The position numbers were made by a program, and so were the translations under genes. Shown piece by piece: positions 36,853 through 46,318 of a stretch of DNA of 64,000 nucleotides. The stretch spans positions 4,534 to 68,533 of the forward strand of contig JAKLKB010000024.1 of assembly GCA_023150835.1 (NCBI GenBank), written 5' to 3'. This DNA is from Myxococcota bacterium (lineage in GTDB: Bacteria; Myxococcota_C; UBA6777). Position 1 is the stretch's first letter; every line of letters begins with the position of its first letter. The notes under the pieces were generated by a model, which worked only from the letters and a program-made list of their open reading frames with translations, was not told the origin of the DNA and ran no database searches.

Positions 36853-39327
36853 TTAAGGGGCTGTGGTCTTGGGTGAAGAGTTTGCGTTGTTTTTCTTTTC
36901 GTTGTTGTCGTTTTGAGCGGGGGAGAGGCCTTTGTTTTGCATCTCTTTGGCATCGGCATCGGCTTGTTTGAGACGGGCATCGACGCGCTCAAAGATGCCG
37001 GGTACACGGTCTTCACGGACATAAGGTTTGACGTTTGCGCGGGTGTAGGCGTAAAACCGCTCAAGGAACTGTTGTCGTTCTTCCATTTTTTTGCGAAAGA
37101 TCTCGCGGAAGTCGTGCATACTGGTGATGACGTAGGGGGTCATAAAGACGAGTAGATTGCGCTTTTCGACGACGCGGTTTTGGACGCGAAACAGCGCGCC
37201 AAGTAGCGGGATATCGCCGAGTACAGGGACTTTGGAAGAGCCGTTGGTGAGTTTGTCGCGGATCAGGCCACCGATGACGATGGTTTGTCGGTCTTTGGCG
37301 AGGACAACGGTTTTGATCTTGCGCTTTGCGGTGGTGGGTCCGAGTTCGGGGTCTTGGGCGGCGAGTTCGGTGAGTTCTTGTTCAAAGTCGATGCGGATGT
37401 AGGAACCTGCGTCGATCTGGGGTTTGAGTTTGAGTGTGAGAGCGACGTCTTGGCGTTGGATGTTTCGGATGGCTGGGACGCCAGCGACGCCACCTGTAAA
37501 GGTGGTTCCTGCGATGAAAGGGACGTTTTGGCCGACTTGGAGGGTGGCTTCTTCGTTGGCGGTGGTGAGGATGTGTGGGGTCGAGATCACGTCGACATCG
37601 CTGTTGCTTTGGAGGGCGCGTAGGAGGACGCTAAAAGAAGGGAGGCCGATGGCGCTATTGCCAAAGAGTCCGGCAGTTCCGGGGACTTGAGCGCCTTGGA
37701 GTCCAAAGGCAAGGCCGGTGAGGGCGGAGGGGTCGAGGACGAGGCTGTTTTGCCCGCCGAGTTGTGTACCGAGCAGGCCGACGGTGGGTTGGGCGGTATC
37801 GCCTGTGAGGTTGTTTCCGAGGCTAAAGGTCAGTCCGAGATCGCGACTTTTGTCGACGCTGACTTCGAGGATGACGATCTCGACGAAGACTTGTTTGCGA
37901 GCGATATCAAGTTGTTGGATGATGCGGCTAAGGCTTTCATAATCGCGGCGACTGGCAACGATCACAAGGGAGTTGGTGGCTTTGTCGGCGGTGATCTTGA
38001 CTTCGCCTTCAAAGAGCTCGGAGGCTTTCTTTTGTCCGATAGAACGGCGGGGAGTGCGTGCGCGGTTGGCGGTGCCTTGGGTGAGTTGGGAGAGCGTTTG
38101 AGCGAGTTCGTCAGCGGTGGCGAACTTGAGGTTGTAGACGCGGATCTGTCCGTCGTCAGGGATGGCGATATCGAGGTCGTTGACGAGTTTGGTGACGCGC
38201 TTGAGTGCGCGGGGATTGCAGAGGACGATGATCTGGTTGGTGCGTTCGTCGGCGACGATCTTGGTGATGCGGTTGGGATCGCCAGAGTCGTCGGCGGAAG
38301 TTGCGGGAGAGACGGGGCTTGAGGGTCTGGGAGAGCGGATGGTTCGGACGATGCGAACGGGGCGGATGTGGGCGGGTTGAGCGCCGACTTGGAAGAGTTG
38401 TTGGACGCGAGAGGCGATCTCTTGGGCTTGGGCATAGCGGACTTGGAGGATGTAGAGTTGGTCTTTGGTGGCGGCTTGTTCGATATCAAGAGAGCGCAGT
38501 AGCGCAACAACACGCCGGATGTTGGGGCCGTAGTCGGTGATGATCAGAACGTTGCTTCCTTGGTAGGGGAAGACAGAGCCAGCGGTGACGAGTTGGCGGA
38601 TCAGGCCGGAGATCTGGTTGGGATCGAGGAACTTGAGTCGATAAAGATAAGTGACCATCTCGTCGCGGGTGGGGACAGATCGGAGGTTTTCGTTGGTGAT
38701 GGTGGTGATGGGGCTTTGTCGGGCGGTGGTGTCGGGGATGATCTTCCAGAAGCGGCCTACACGCAGGGCGATCATTTGATTTTCGCGCAGGGCGGTAAAG
38801 AAGGCTCGGTAGGCATCGCTGAGAGGGACCTTGGATGGGGAGATGATGTGGAGCGGGCGGCCTCGGACTCTGTCGCTGACGATAAAGTTTTGGCAGGTTT
38901 GTTTGGCGATCAGTTTCACGACATCAAGAACAGAACCGGCCTTTAAGTTGAATGCGACTGGGTGTTTCCATTTGGGTTTTAGGCAGTTGTCGTCGCTGGT
39001 TACGCGGGTGGTTCCGGCGTTGTCGTTGCCGCCGAAGAGCGGAGAGGGGGCAGGTCCACCGAGGCGGAGGTTGCCGGGGCGAAAGCGGCGAGGGCGGCGG
39101 GGCTTGCGTTGTGCAACGCGGTATCGGCGAGGTGTGAGCGCAGAGCGATATCGTTGTGTGAGGGGGGGGTTGCGTGGAGTGTTGGTAGAGCGTGGGTGAG
39201 GCAAGGGAGCGCCGAGGGCCGAGGGAGAGCCGATCCCTGATAAGCCGACGGAGAGGCAAAAGGACACCGCGATCCAACGGGTGAAGGGGCGAGTGAAAAG
39301 TTGAGGGAGAACACGAGCGATAAACAT
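36853..39327 (-). CDS. gspD: Type II secretion secretin D
   Basis: N0-N3 domains, LDI.R.QVF.E, STPHILT..N.EA...VGQ.VP, KVPVLGDIPLLG.LF. Start could be TTG 39366. Confidence 0.95.
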   Translation of the reverse strand: MFIARVLPQLFTRPFTRWIAVSFCLSVGLSGIGSPSALGAPLPHPRSTNTPRNPPLTQRYRSALTPRRYRVAQRKPRRPRRFRPGNLRLGGPAPSPLFGGNDNAGTTRVTSDDNCLKPKWKHPVAFNLKAGSVLDVVKLIAKQTCQNFIVSDRVRGRPLHIISPSKVPLSDAYRAFFTALRENQMIALRVGRFWKIIPDTTARQSPITTITNENLRSVPTRDEMVTYLYRLKFLDPNQISGLIRQLVTAGSVFPYQGSNVLIITDYGPNIRRVVALLRSLDIEQAATKDQLYILQVRYAQAQEIASRVQQLFQVGAQPAHIRPVRIVRTIRSPRPSSPVSPATSADDSGDPNRITKIVADERTNQIIVLCNPRALKRVTKLVNDLDIAIPDDGQIRVYNLKFATADELAQTLSQLTQGTANRARTPRRSIGQKKASELFEGEVKITADKATNSLVIVASRRDYESLSRIIQQLDIARKQVFVEIVILEVSVDKSRDLGLTFSLGNNLTGDTAQPTVGLLGTQLGGQNSLVLDPSALTGLAFGLQGAQVPGTAGLFGNSAIGLPSFSVLLRALQSNSDVDVISTPHILTTANEEATLQVGQNVPFIAGTTFTGGVAGVPAIRNIQRQDVALTLKLKPQIDAGSYIRIDFEQELTELAAQDPELGPTTAKRKIKTVVLAKDRQTIVIGGLIRDKLTNGSSKVPVLGDIPLLGALFRVQNRVVEKRNLLVFMTPYVITSMHDFREIFRKKMEERQQFLERFYAYTRANVKPYVREDRVPGIFERVDARLKQADADAKEMQNKGLSPAQNDNNEKKNNANSSPKTTAP

Positions 39328-39372
39328 CCGATCTCTCTTTTCTCGGGGTTGGTGTCTTCTCGGCAAAGGGGC

Positions 39373-40335
39373 TTATTCTTTGATCTCGTAGCGCATATCC
39401 ACGACTTTTCCGCCGCGTTGGACGGAGACGTTCAACGAGGAAGCGGACATCAGGTTGCTGTAGGCTTCGAGGGCTTTTTGGGGGCTGTTGAACTGGTAGC
39501 CGTTGATCTGGCGGATCACGTCGTCGTTCTTGATACCGATCTTTTCGTAGAGTGATCCGGGTCGGATGCTGTAAATGCGAAAGCCAACGGGCTGTCCTTT
39601 TTCAAAGAACGGAACGATCGCGGCTTTGGAGGCGAGGAGGTCGAGTCGTTCGGTGACTTTGGAGATAAAGTCGCGGGGGATCTGGTAGCGGCCATTTTCG
39701 ACTTGTCGGACTTTGCTGGTGTCAAAGTCGGTATCGCGGAGTTTTCGGTATGTATTGTAGTAGTTGTCTTGGTAGTTGTTGCCGAGCTGTCCGGCTTTTT
39801 TACCGATTTCGATAAATTCGAGTCGGCCTGAGCCGCGATCGACTTTGAGGAAGCGCGGTTCGATCTTGCAGATGCGGATGCCTTTGTAGACCTCGTCCGT
39901 TCGGACGACGATCACTTGTCGATCGATCGCGTCGTAGAGGGCGGCGACGCTGAGTGTTGGATCTGTTGCGGCGACGGTGCCTTTGAGTTCGAGAGGAAGG
40001 GTTTTGGATTCGCGGTATCCGCCAGCGGGACAGGTCGCTGTTTTGGGATCGTTGGGTTTTTCTTTCATTTTGTCTGGTTCTTGGCGTGGGGGGGGCGGTT
40101 GGAGGGGGGCTTGGTTGGGATCGAACAGGTTGGCTTGGTTGAGGACGGCGAATTGGGCGGTCTTCTTTTGAAGAGGCGACTCCATCGGGCCGTCGGAGAC
40201 GACGATGTAAGGGATGGCAGGGGGAAGGGAGGCGCGTACGGCTTGGCTGACGGTCGCAGCGAGAAAGTAGCTGCTGCTCAAGACAAAGAGCAGCTTAAAG
40301 CTCCAAAAGTGTGTCTTAAACAACAGTTCAAACAT
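39373..40335 (-). CDS. gspC: Type II secretion protein C with PDZ domain
   Basis: TM, NLF, L.L.GT, and PDZ segment GFRIY.IRPGSL..KIGI..DVI..ING. Confidence 0.92.
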   Translation of the reverse strand: MFELLFKTHFWSFKLLFVLSSSYFLAATVSQAVRASLPPAIPYIVVSDGPMESPLQKKTAQFAVLNQANLFDPNQAPLQPPPPRQEPDKMKEKPNDPKTATCPAGGYRESKTLPLELKGTVAATDPTLSVAALYDAIDRQVIVVRTDEVYKGIRICKIEPRFLKVDRGSGRLEFIEIGKKAGQLGNNYQDNYYNTYRKLRDTDFDTSKVRQVENGRYQIPRDFISKVTERLDLLASKAAIVPFFEKGQPVGFRIYSIRPGSLYEKIGIKNDDVIRQINGYQFNSPQKALEAYSNLMSASSLNVSVQRGGKVVDMRYEIKE

Positions 40336-40461
40336 CTTTCACCTCGGACGGTAGGGGAGATTCGGCGAACAAGCCTCTCACTTGAGAGCAGCGAAGGGAC
40401 AATGCCTTCGGCTTGGCTGCTTTTTGGGAAGGCCGCGCACCAAGCAAGAAAACGGCGTCTG

Positions 40462-40476
40462 GCAAAAAGCAAGCCA
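40462..40476 (-). promoter_or_regulatory. Candidate sigma54 -24/-12 promoter for the gsp operon
   Basis: Minus strand reads TGGCTTGCTTTTTGC (GG-N10-GC, TGGC...TTGC), ~127 bp upstream of gspC. Confidence 0.55.
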
Positions 40477-40621
40477 ATCACAAGATACAAGTGATTTTTG
40501 TTGTGTGTTCCAGAGAGAGAAAGCGAGGCGTGGTGGTGATGTGGAGGCCACAGCGCTGGCGCGGTCTGTTTTCTGGAGGGCGCGGCGTAGCATAGGATGC
40601 CTTGGGGCGGGATGCAAATGT

Positions 40622-40636
40622 TTGACATCTTGTCAA
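40622..40636. promoter_or_regulatory. Perfect inverted repeat TTGACA-N3-TGTCAA, candidate regulator binding site
   Basis: Palindrome ~150 bp upstream of the candidate sigma54 promoter. Confidence 0.35.
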
Positions 40637-40650
40637 CGTGGTGGGGAGGG

Positions 40651-42138
40651 CTATGGCAAAGAAGCATCTGGAGCGTCGTTGGGGTGGATGGGCCGTTCGG
40701 TGCCTTCGGAACCGTCGATTGGTAGGGGTTTTTCGTCTTCGGTTTTTTCATCTTCGGGTTTTTTGTCGCTCTCTTTGTCGCCGTCTTGAAAGGCTTCAAT
40801 CTTGCGATAGATGGTGCGGGTGGCGACGCCAAGGAGTTGGGCGGTGAGTTTTTTGTCGCCCTCAGTGCGGCGGAGAGTTTCGCTGATGACGTGGCGTTCG
40901 ATCTCATCGAGCGGAGTCCCAAAGGGGATAATAAAGTAGTTCCCATCGGTGTTGGTTTGATGGACTTCGGGCGGGAGATCGGAGGGTTTGATGTGTGTGC
41001 TGGGAGCGAGGACGACAGCGCGTTCGATCACATTTTCGAGTTGGCGGACGTTGCCGGGCCAAGCGTATTGCTTGAGGATCTCGATGGTTTCTTTTTCGAG
41101 ATGCAAAAGGGGCTTGCGGTTTTTTTGGGCGTATTTGTCGAGGAAATGTTGAGCGAGCAGGGGGATATCGTCGGGGCGTTCGCGCAGAGGGGGGATATGG
41201 ATCTCGATCACATGGAGTCGATAGTAGAGGTCTTCGCGAAAACGGCCTTGTTTGACTTCTTGGCGGAGGTTTTTGTTGGTTGCGGCGATCAGGCGGATAT
41301 CGATGGGGGTGGAGAGTGTACCGCCGAGCCGCTCAATCCGACGGCTTTGGAGGACACGCAGAAGCTTAACTTGTACGCTGGGCACGATCTCGCCGATCTC
41401 ATCGAGGAAAAGGGTTCCTGCGTGGGCCAGCTCAAATCGACCGGGCTTTGCGTTGTTTGCGCCCGTGAATGCGCCTTTTTCGTAGCCAAAGAGTTCGCTA
41501 TCAAGGAGGGTTTCAGGAAAGGCCGCGCAGTTGAGGGCGATGAACTTTTGATGGCCTCGGTGACTCAGGCGATGGATCTCGCGGGCGATGAGTTCTTTTC
41601 CTGTGCCGGACTCGCCTTGGATCAAGACGGTTGCGTCGGTGGGAGCGGCTTGTTTGACGATATCCATCGTGCGTCGGAGGGCTGGGCTTTGGCCGACGAT
41701 CAAGGGGGTTTCTTCGATATCTTGGAGGCGTTGTCGGAGATGTTGGTTTTCTTGGAGCAAAGAGGAGCGGTCAAGGGCTTTTTCGACGAGTTTGAGGATA
41801 TCGCGGCGTTTGAGTGGTTTGGTGATAAAGTCGTACGCGCCTTGTTTGATCGCTTCGACAGCGCGCTCGATGCTGCCGTAGGCGGTCATGGTGATAACTT
41901 CGGTGTGTGTGGAGATAGCTTTGATCGCTTTGAGCAAGGATAGCCCGTCCATTTGGGGCATCATGATATCGCACAACACCACATCGATCGGATGTTGGCG
42001 AACGAGATCCAAGCCTTCTCTCCCGTTTGCTGCGGTGAGTACGTTGTAGCCTTCGCGTTGAAAGATACGGCTCAACGATTCGACGTTTCCGGGTTCGTCA
42101 TCGACGATTAGGACGGTGTAGCTGTGTGCGTTTTGCAA
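40651..42138 (-). CDS. Sigma54-dependent response regulator (NtrC/AtoC family)
   Basis: Receiver LIVDD..D..MP, GESGTGKE, GAFTGA, FLDEIGE, FREDLYYRL, WPGNVRQL, Fis-type HTH. TTG start with GAGGA RBS. Confidence 0.96.
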   Translation of the reverse strand: MQNAHSYTVLIVDDEPGNVESLSRIFQREGYNVLTAANGREGLDLVRQHPIDVVLCDIMMPQMDGLSLLKAIKAISTHTEVITMTAYGSIERAVEAIKQGAYDFITKPLKRRDILKLVEKALDRSSLLQENQHLRQRLQDIEETPLIVGQSPALRRTMDIVKQAAPTDATVLIQGESGTGKELIAREIHRLSHRGHQKFIALNCAAFPETLLDSELFGYEKGAFTGANNAKPGRFELAHAGTLFLDEIGEIVPSVQVKLLRVLQSRRIERLGGTLSTPIDIRLIAATNKNLRQEVKQGRFREDLYYRLHVIEIHIPPLRERPDDIPLLAQHFLDKYAQKNRKPLLHLEKETIEILKQYAWPGNVRQLENVIERAVVLAPSTHIKPSDLPPEVHQTNTDGNYFIIPFGTPLDEIERHVISETLRRTEGDKKLTAQLLGVATRTIYRKIEAFQDGDKESDKKPEDEKTEDEKPLPIDGSEGTERPIHPNDAPDASLP

Positions 42139-42312
42139 GGGGTCCTCGCGATTGTTTTTGGAGAGATTTGCGCTTTTTCTCAGAGATCAGGCATCCTAAG
42201 GATGGATCGTGCTTGACAAGCACGGTGGAAAGACCGAAAACCACAAGATCGACGCTGTTTCCCGTTTTGATCTTTTCATCTGATCGGGCAAACCCGATCC
42301 ATTGAGGCTCCG

Positions 42313-43563
42313 ATGTCCAAACAGAAAGGCCAATCGAACAAGCGACTTAGCTGTTCGTTTTGTCACAAGAACCAACATGAAGTACGAAAGCTGATCGCTG
42401 GACCCAACGTATACATCTGCGATGAGTGTGTGCAACTGTGCAACGACATCATCGCCAACGCATTTGACCCCGAAGAAGCACGCCCGTCACTGGATATCCC
42501 CAAGCCGATCGAGATCAAAGAATTTTTGGATCAGTACGTCATTGGTCAAGATCTTGCGAAAAAAGTCCTGTCTGTCGCGGTGTATAACCATTACAAGCGG
42601 GTCGAATGCCGGCCTCGTACGGGGGAAGTCGAACTTCAAAAGTCGAATATCTTGTTGGTGGGACCGACAGGTTCAGGGAAAACGTTGCTTGCACAAAGCC
42701 TCGCACGTTTTCTGGACGTGCCTTTTGCGATGGCCGATGCAACGACCTTGACCGAGGCCGGTTATGTCGGCGAAGACGTCGAGAATGTGTTGGTGAGCCT
42801 ATTACAAGCCTCGGATTACAAGCTGGAGCGAGCCGAGCGAGGCATCGTATACATCGACGAGATCGACAAGATCGCTCGAAAAAGTGAATCCGCTTCGATC
42901 ACTCGCGATGTTTCTGGCGAAGGCGTTCAACAAGCCTTGTTGCGGATGCTGGAGGGGACGGTTGCCAATGTCCCCGCCAAAGGGGGCCGCAAACATCCCC
43001 ACCAAGAGTTTATCCAGCTCGACACCACGAATATCTTGTTTGTGGTGGGCGGAGCTTTTCACGGCATCGAGAAGATGATCGAAAAGCGGATCGCAGGAAG
43101 TCAGATCGGATTCCATGCGACTGTCCGTAGCAAGAAAGACTTTCGACTGGGTGAGCTTCTGCATCAAAGCGAACCCGAGGACCTAATTAAGTTTGGTTTG
43201 ATCCCCGAGTTTGTTGGACGCTTGCCTGTGGTGGCCACGATGGATGATCTCGACGAAGCCTCTTTGCTTCGTATCCTCAAAGAGCCTAAAAATGCGCTGG
43301 TTCGGCAGTACGAAAAACTCTTTATGATGGAAGGCGTCGCGCTACACTTCACCGAAGAAGCGCTCAAGGCGATCGCCAAAAAATGCATGGAACGCCAAAG
43401 CGGCGCACGCGGCTTGCGCGCCATCATGGAATCCGTCATGCTCGACGTGATGTACGATCTCCCCTCCCTTGAAGGCGTCAAAGAGTGCATCATCGACGCC
43501 GACGTCGTTCTCCATAGCGCCCCACCCACCATGATCTACAAAGAACACAAAAAATCCGCTTGA
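42313..43563 (+). CDS. clpX: ATP-dependent Clp protease ATP-binding subunit ClpX
   Basis: CSFC..CDEC zinc domain, [15 protein letters not shown] loop, IGF loop, GARGLR. Confidence 0.98.
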   Translation: MSKQKGQSNKRLSCSFCHKNQHEVRKLIAGPNVYICDECVQLCNDIIANAFDPEEARPSLDIPKPIEIKEFLDQYVIGQDLAKKVLSVAVYNHYKRVECRPRTGEVELQKSNILLVGPTGSGKTLLAQSLARFLDVPFAMADATTLTEAGYVGEDVENVLVSLLQASDYKLERAERGIVYIDEIDKIARKSESASITRDVSGEGVQQALLRMLEGTVANVPAKGGRKHPHQEFIQLDTTNILFVVGGAFHGIEKMIEKRIAGSQIGFHATVRSKKDFRLGELLHQSEPEDLIKFGLIPEFVGRLPVVATMDDLDEASLLRILKEPKNALVRQYEKLFMMEGVALHFTEEALKAIAKKCMERQSGARGLRAIMESVMLDVMYDLPSLEGVKECIIDADVVLHSAPPTMIYKEHKKSA

Positions 43564-43719
43564 ACGTTGCCGAACGCTTTGCTCTGTGGGAGAGCTTTGC
43601 TCTGTGAAAGAGCCTTGCTCTCCCCCTCGCGGCAGCAGCGAGGCTTTGCGATTTTTTGGATCTTGGGTAAAAAGGTGGGAGAACGCAGAAGAAACGGAGG
43701 TGGGAGTGGCGCGGTGGGG

Positions 43720-43841
43720 AAAAACCCCCGTGTTCGCGGTGCTTCAAGCGACAGAGCTTTTCGGGTGAAAAACGTTGTTCTCTTCGCCGATACGGGGTCA
43801 AGGGGGCTGGGACCCCTTGCGGGGTATGGGGCAGCGCCCCA
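43720..43841 (+). repeat. Family A element, copy 6
   Basis: AAAAACCCCCGTGTTCGCG..TTCAAGCGACAGAG..TTCGCCGATACGGGGTCAAGGGG..CCCCTTGCGGGGTATGGGGCAGCGCCCCA. Confidence 0.88.
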
Positions 43842-43931
43842 TCAGAGCGATGGTGGCCTATCCGAGCGATGATAGCGCACCATCCGAACGGGGTAGGGCT
43901 TGATCCAATCGAGCGATCGCGTTTGAGAGGA

Positions 43932-44546
43932 TTAACGCTTGGAGTACTGGAAGCGTTTGCGGGCTGCGGGGCGACCGTATTTTTTACGTTCTTTGACGCG
44001 GGCATCGCGGGTGAGGAGTCCAGCGCGTTTGAGGGCGAGGCGGATCGGGCCGCTGTTGACGTTGCCGGCTTCGTCGAGCTTGCCGTATTGGGGATTTTTG
44101 GCGAGTTCGAAACGGGCCAAAGCACGTGCGATGCCGTGACGGATGGCACCTGCTTGACCGCTGTGACCGCCGCCGCTGACGTTGACGAACACATCGAATT
44201 GTTCGAGCATTTTGGCGGCTTCAAAGGGTTGTTGCACGATCATACGGAGGGTTTGACGGCCAAAGTACTCGTCGAGTGGGGTGTAGCGGAAGGCTTTTTT
44301 GCCGGTGCGAGCGGTGCGGGGGACGCCGAATTCGCCCTCTTGGAGTTTGGGGGAGAAGATGGCTTTTTCTTCGACGGTTTCGCCGCTACGGGGATCGGTG
44401 TAAGAGACAGTAAGATCGGCGCTTTTGGGCATGACGCGCCATTTGCGGATATGGATCTTGCCCGAGCCGGGGACAAGGATCACGCGAGCCACGGAGGTTT
44501 TGCGTTTTCCGGTGGCTTGCCAACGCTCGCCTTTTACGATCATCAT
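43932..44546 (-). CDS. rpsI: 30S ribosomal protein S9 with two internal insertions
   Basis: [45 protein letters not shown]...[10 protein letters not shown]; follows rplM. Confidence 0.96.
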   Translation of the reverse strand: MMIVKGERWQATGKRKTSVARVILVPGSGKIHIRKWRVMPKSADLTVSYTDPRSGETVEEKAIFSPKLQEGEFGVPRTARTGKKAFRYTPLDEYFGRQTLRMIVQQPFEAAKMLEQFDVFVNVSGGGHSGQAGAIRHGIARALARFELAKNPQYGKLDEAGNVNSGPIRLALKRAGLLTRDARVKERKKYGRPAARKRFQYSKR

Positions 44547-44561
44547 GACGGTGTACTCCTA

Positions 44562-45002
44562 TTAGCCTTTGATTTCAAGATTTTGAGGTTGTTGCGCTTG
44601 GTGAGGATGCTCGGGGCCGGTATAGACTTTGAGTTTGCGGATCATCTGGCGCCCGATCGAGTTTTTGGGGAGCATCCCTTTGATGGCGAGGAGGAGCACG
44701 TCTTCGGGTTTGGTTTCGAGCATTTGGCGTGCGGTGCGTGTGCGGAGTCCACCCGGGCGACCCGTGTGTTTGCGGTACAGTTTGCGGTCGAGTTTGCGGC
44801 CCGTCAGTTTGAGGTGTTCGACGTTGATCACGACGACAAAGTCGCCGCAGTCGATAAAGGGAGTGAACTCGGGTTTATTTTTGCCCCGTAGGACAGAAGC
44901 GATATGAGCGGCGGCGCGTCCGAGGACTTGGTCTTTCATATCGACGACATACCACTTGCGCTCTTGTTGCGCGTTTTGTTCGTTCGGCATAAACGTTTTC
45001 AT
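44562..45002 (-). CDS. rplM: 50S ribosomal protein L13
   Basis: RKWYVVD, LGR.A, LRGKNKP.FTP..DCGD.V.V.N, HTG.PGG, GMLPK, H.HQAQQP. Confidence 0.98.
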   Translation of the reverse strand: MKTFMPNEQNAQQERKWYVVDMKDQVLGRAAAHIASVLRGKNKPEFTPFIDCGDFVVVINVEHLKLTGRKLDRKLYRKHTGRPGGLRTRTARQMLETKPEDVLLLAIKGMLPKNSIGRQMIRKLKVYTGPEHPHQAQQPQNLEIKG

Positions 45003-45333
45003 GTTAAAAACCTGTGTTCTTGTGCTTGTCTGCGCCAAATTTTCGAGGTTCGTTCGCCGCGAAGGACGGACGTTACCCAAAAGGAATCGGTTGTAGGACA
45101 GGCATTTGGCTAAGGGATAGAGAAAAGAGGCTTCCGTCCTTTGGGTCAGGAAGGGTGCGAAAACAGAACGTGATCTTGTTTGAACCGAGCGAGAGAGGTC
45201 ACCAGCGTCTCAAAGTGGTGTAACGGGGCTTCGAGGCGGGATCGATTCGATCTCGCGAGCGTTGCTTTGGGGGGAGGTGATCGCGTTGGCGGTGAAAAGG
45301 CTCGCCAAACACCTGTTTTCAAAGCGAGGGAAG

Positions 45334-45362
45334 GTTCTAACCGAAAGCATCGATCTTGTCAA
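45334..45362 (-). promoter_or_regulatory. Candidate sigma70 promoter for rplM-rpsI
   Basis: Minus strand TTGACA-N17-TAGAAC. Confidence 0.35.
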
Positions 45363-45596
45363 GACGATTTGCGAAGTTATTGCAGTTTATGGACAAAGAT
45401 CGCGTAAAGGATGATAAAAACGCTCAGAGATCCGAGCCAAAGCATCAAGAAACCGGTGGGGTCTTTACGTGGCGCGGTGGTGGTGGTTTGATGGGCGTCC
45501 GTTTTTTTGGGGGTGCTACTCAAGGCGAGACTCCTTTGTGGTACGTTTGTGCGTTGTGCGTGTCAGCGGGTATGGCAAAGACGCGCTTGGACAAAG

Positions 45597-46298
45597 ATGG
45601 GAGATCATGTGTTTTTGGTTCGTCTTGTCAAGTGTGGTGTTGTTTTTTGGCAGGTGTGGTGGGGTGTGGCGTGGGTGTGGCTTGTTGGTGCGGGCTGTGT
45701 TCCGCGAGTACGCTTGCCCGAGCCTAGGCCCTTTGTGGAAGATCGAAATAGCGGCGATGCGGCGTATCGTGCGTTGTTGTCGCGTGGTTATGCGCAGGCT
45801 CAAGCGGAGGCTTGGGAGCAGGTTGCGGCGTGTTGGGATGTTCGTGGAGCGTGGGGAAAGTTGTTGTACCAAGTGGAGTTGATATCGGGGCAGATCCCGC
45901 GTTGTCGTTTGGTGCGGATGACGTTGCATTATCAAGAGCACCGTCCGACGGCGAGTTGGAGGCGGTTGTTTGCGTTGCAACGCGATCGCTTGTTTACGGC
46001 GCAAGATGCGTACACTTTTTCGGCGCAAGTCGCACAAGAGCGAAAGGTCTTGCGTCGGCAGTGCGCAGAGGCGTGTCCGTTTGCTTTGCCTGCCTACATC
46101 GGAGCGTATCGAGGGCCGATGATGTGGCTGATGACGCGAGAACAATCCGAGCTACCGCCCGATACTCGCACTCCCCCACTGCCGCGCAGCGTACCACCGC
46201 AGCGCAGCGCACCACCGCAGCGCAGCGTACCACCGCAGCGCAGCGTACCGCCACCGCGTGATCTGCCCACCACTCGGCAGGTTCGGCCTTCGCCGTAA
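45597..46298 (+). CDS. Hypothetical lipoprotein with C-terminal PPQRSV repeats
   Basis: Hydrophobic stretch ending GAGC; 18-bp repeats near 46185-46255. Start uncertain. Confidence 0.55.
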   Translation: MGDHVFLVRLVKCGVVFWQVWWGVAWVWLVGAGCVPRVRLPEPRPFVEDRNSGDAAYRALLSRGYAQAQAEAWEQVAACWDVRGAWGKLLYQVELISGQIPRCRLVRMTLHYQEHRPTASWRRLFALQRDRLFTAQDAYTFSAQVAQERKVLRRQCAEACPFALPAYIGAYRGPMMWLMTREQSELPPDTRTPPLPRSVPPQRSAPPQRSVPPQRSVPPPRDLPTTRQVRPSP

Positions 46299-46318
46299 AC
46301 AACCAAGAGGATCGTGAT

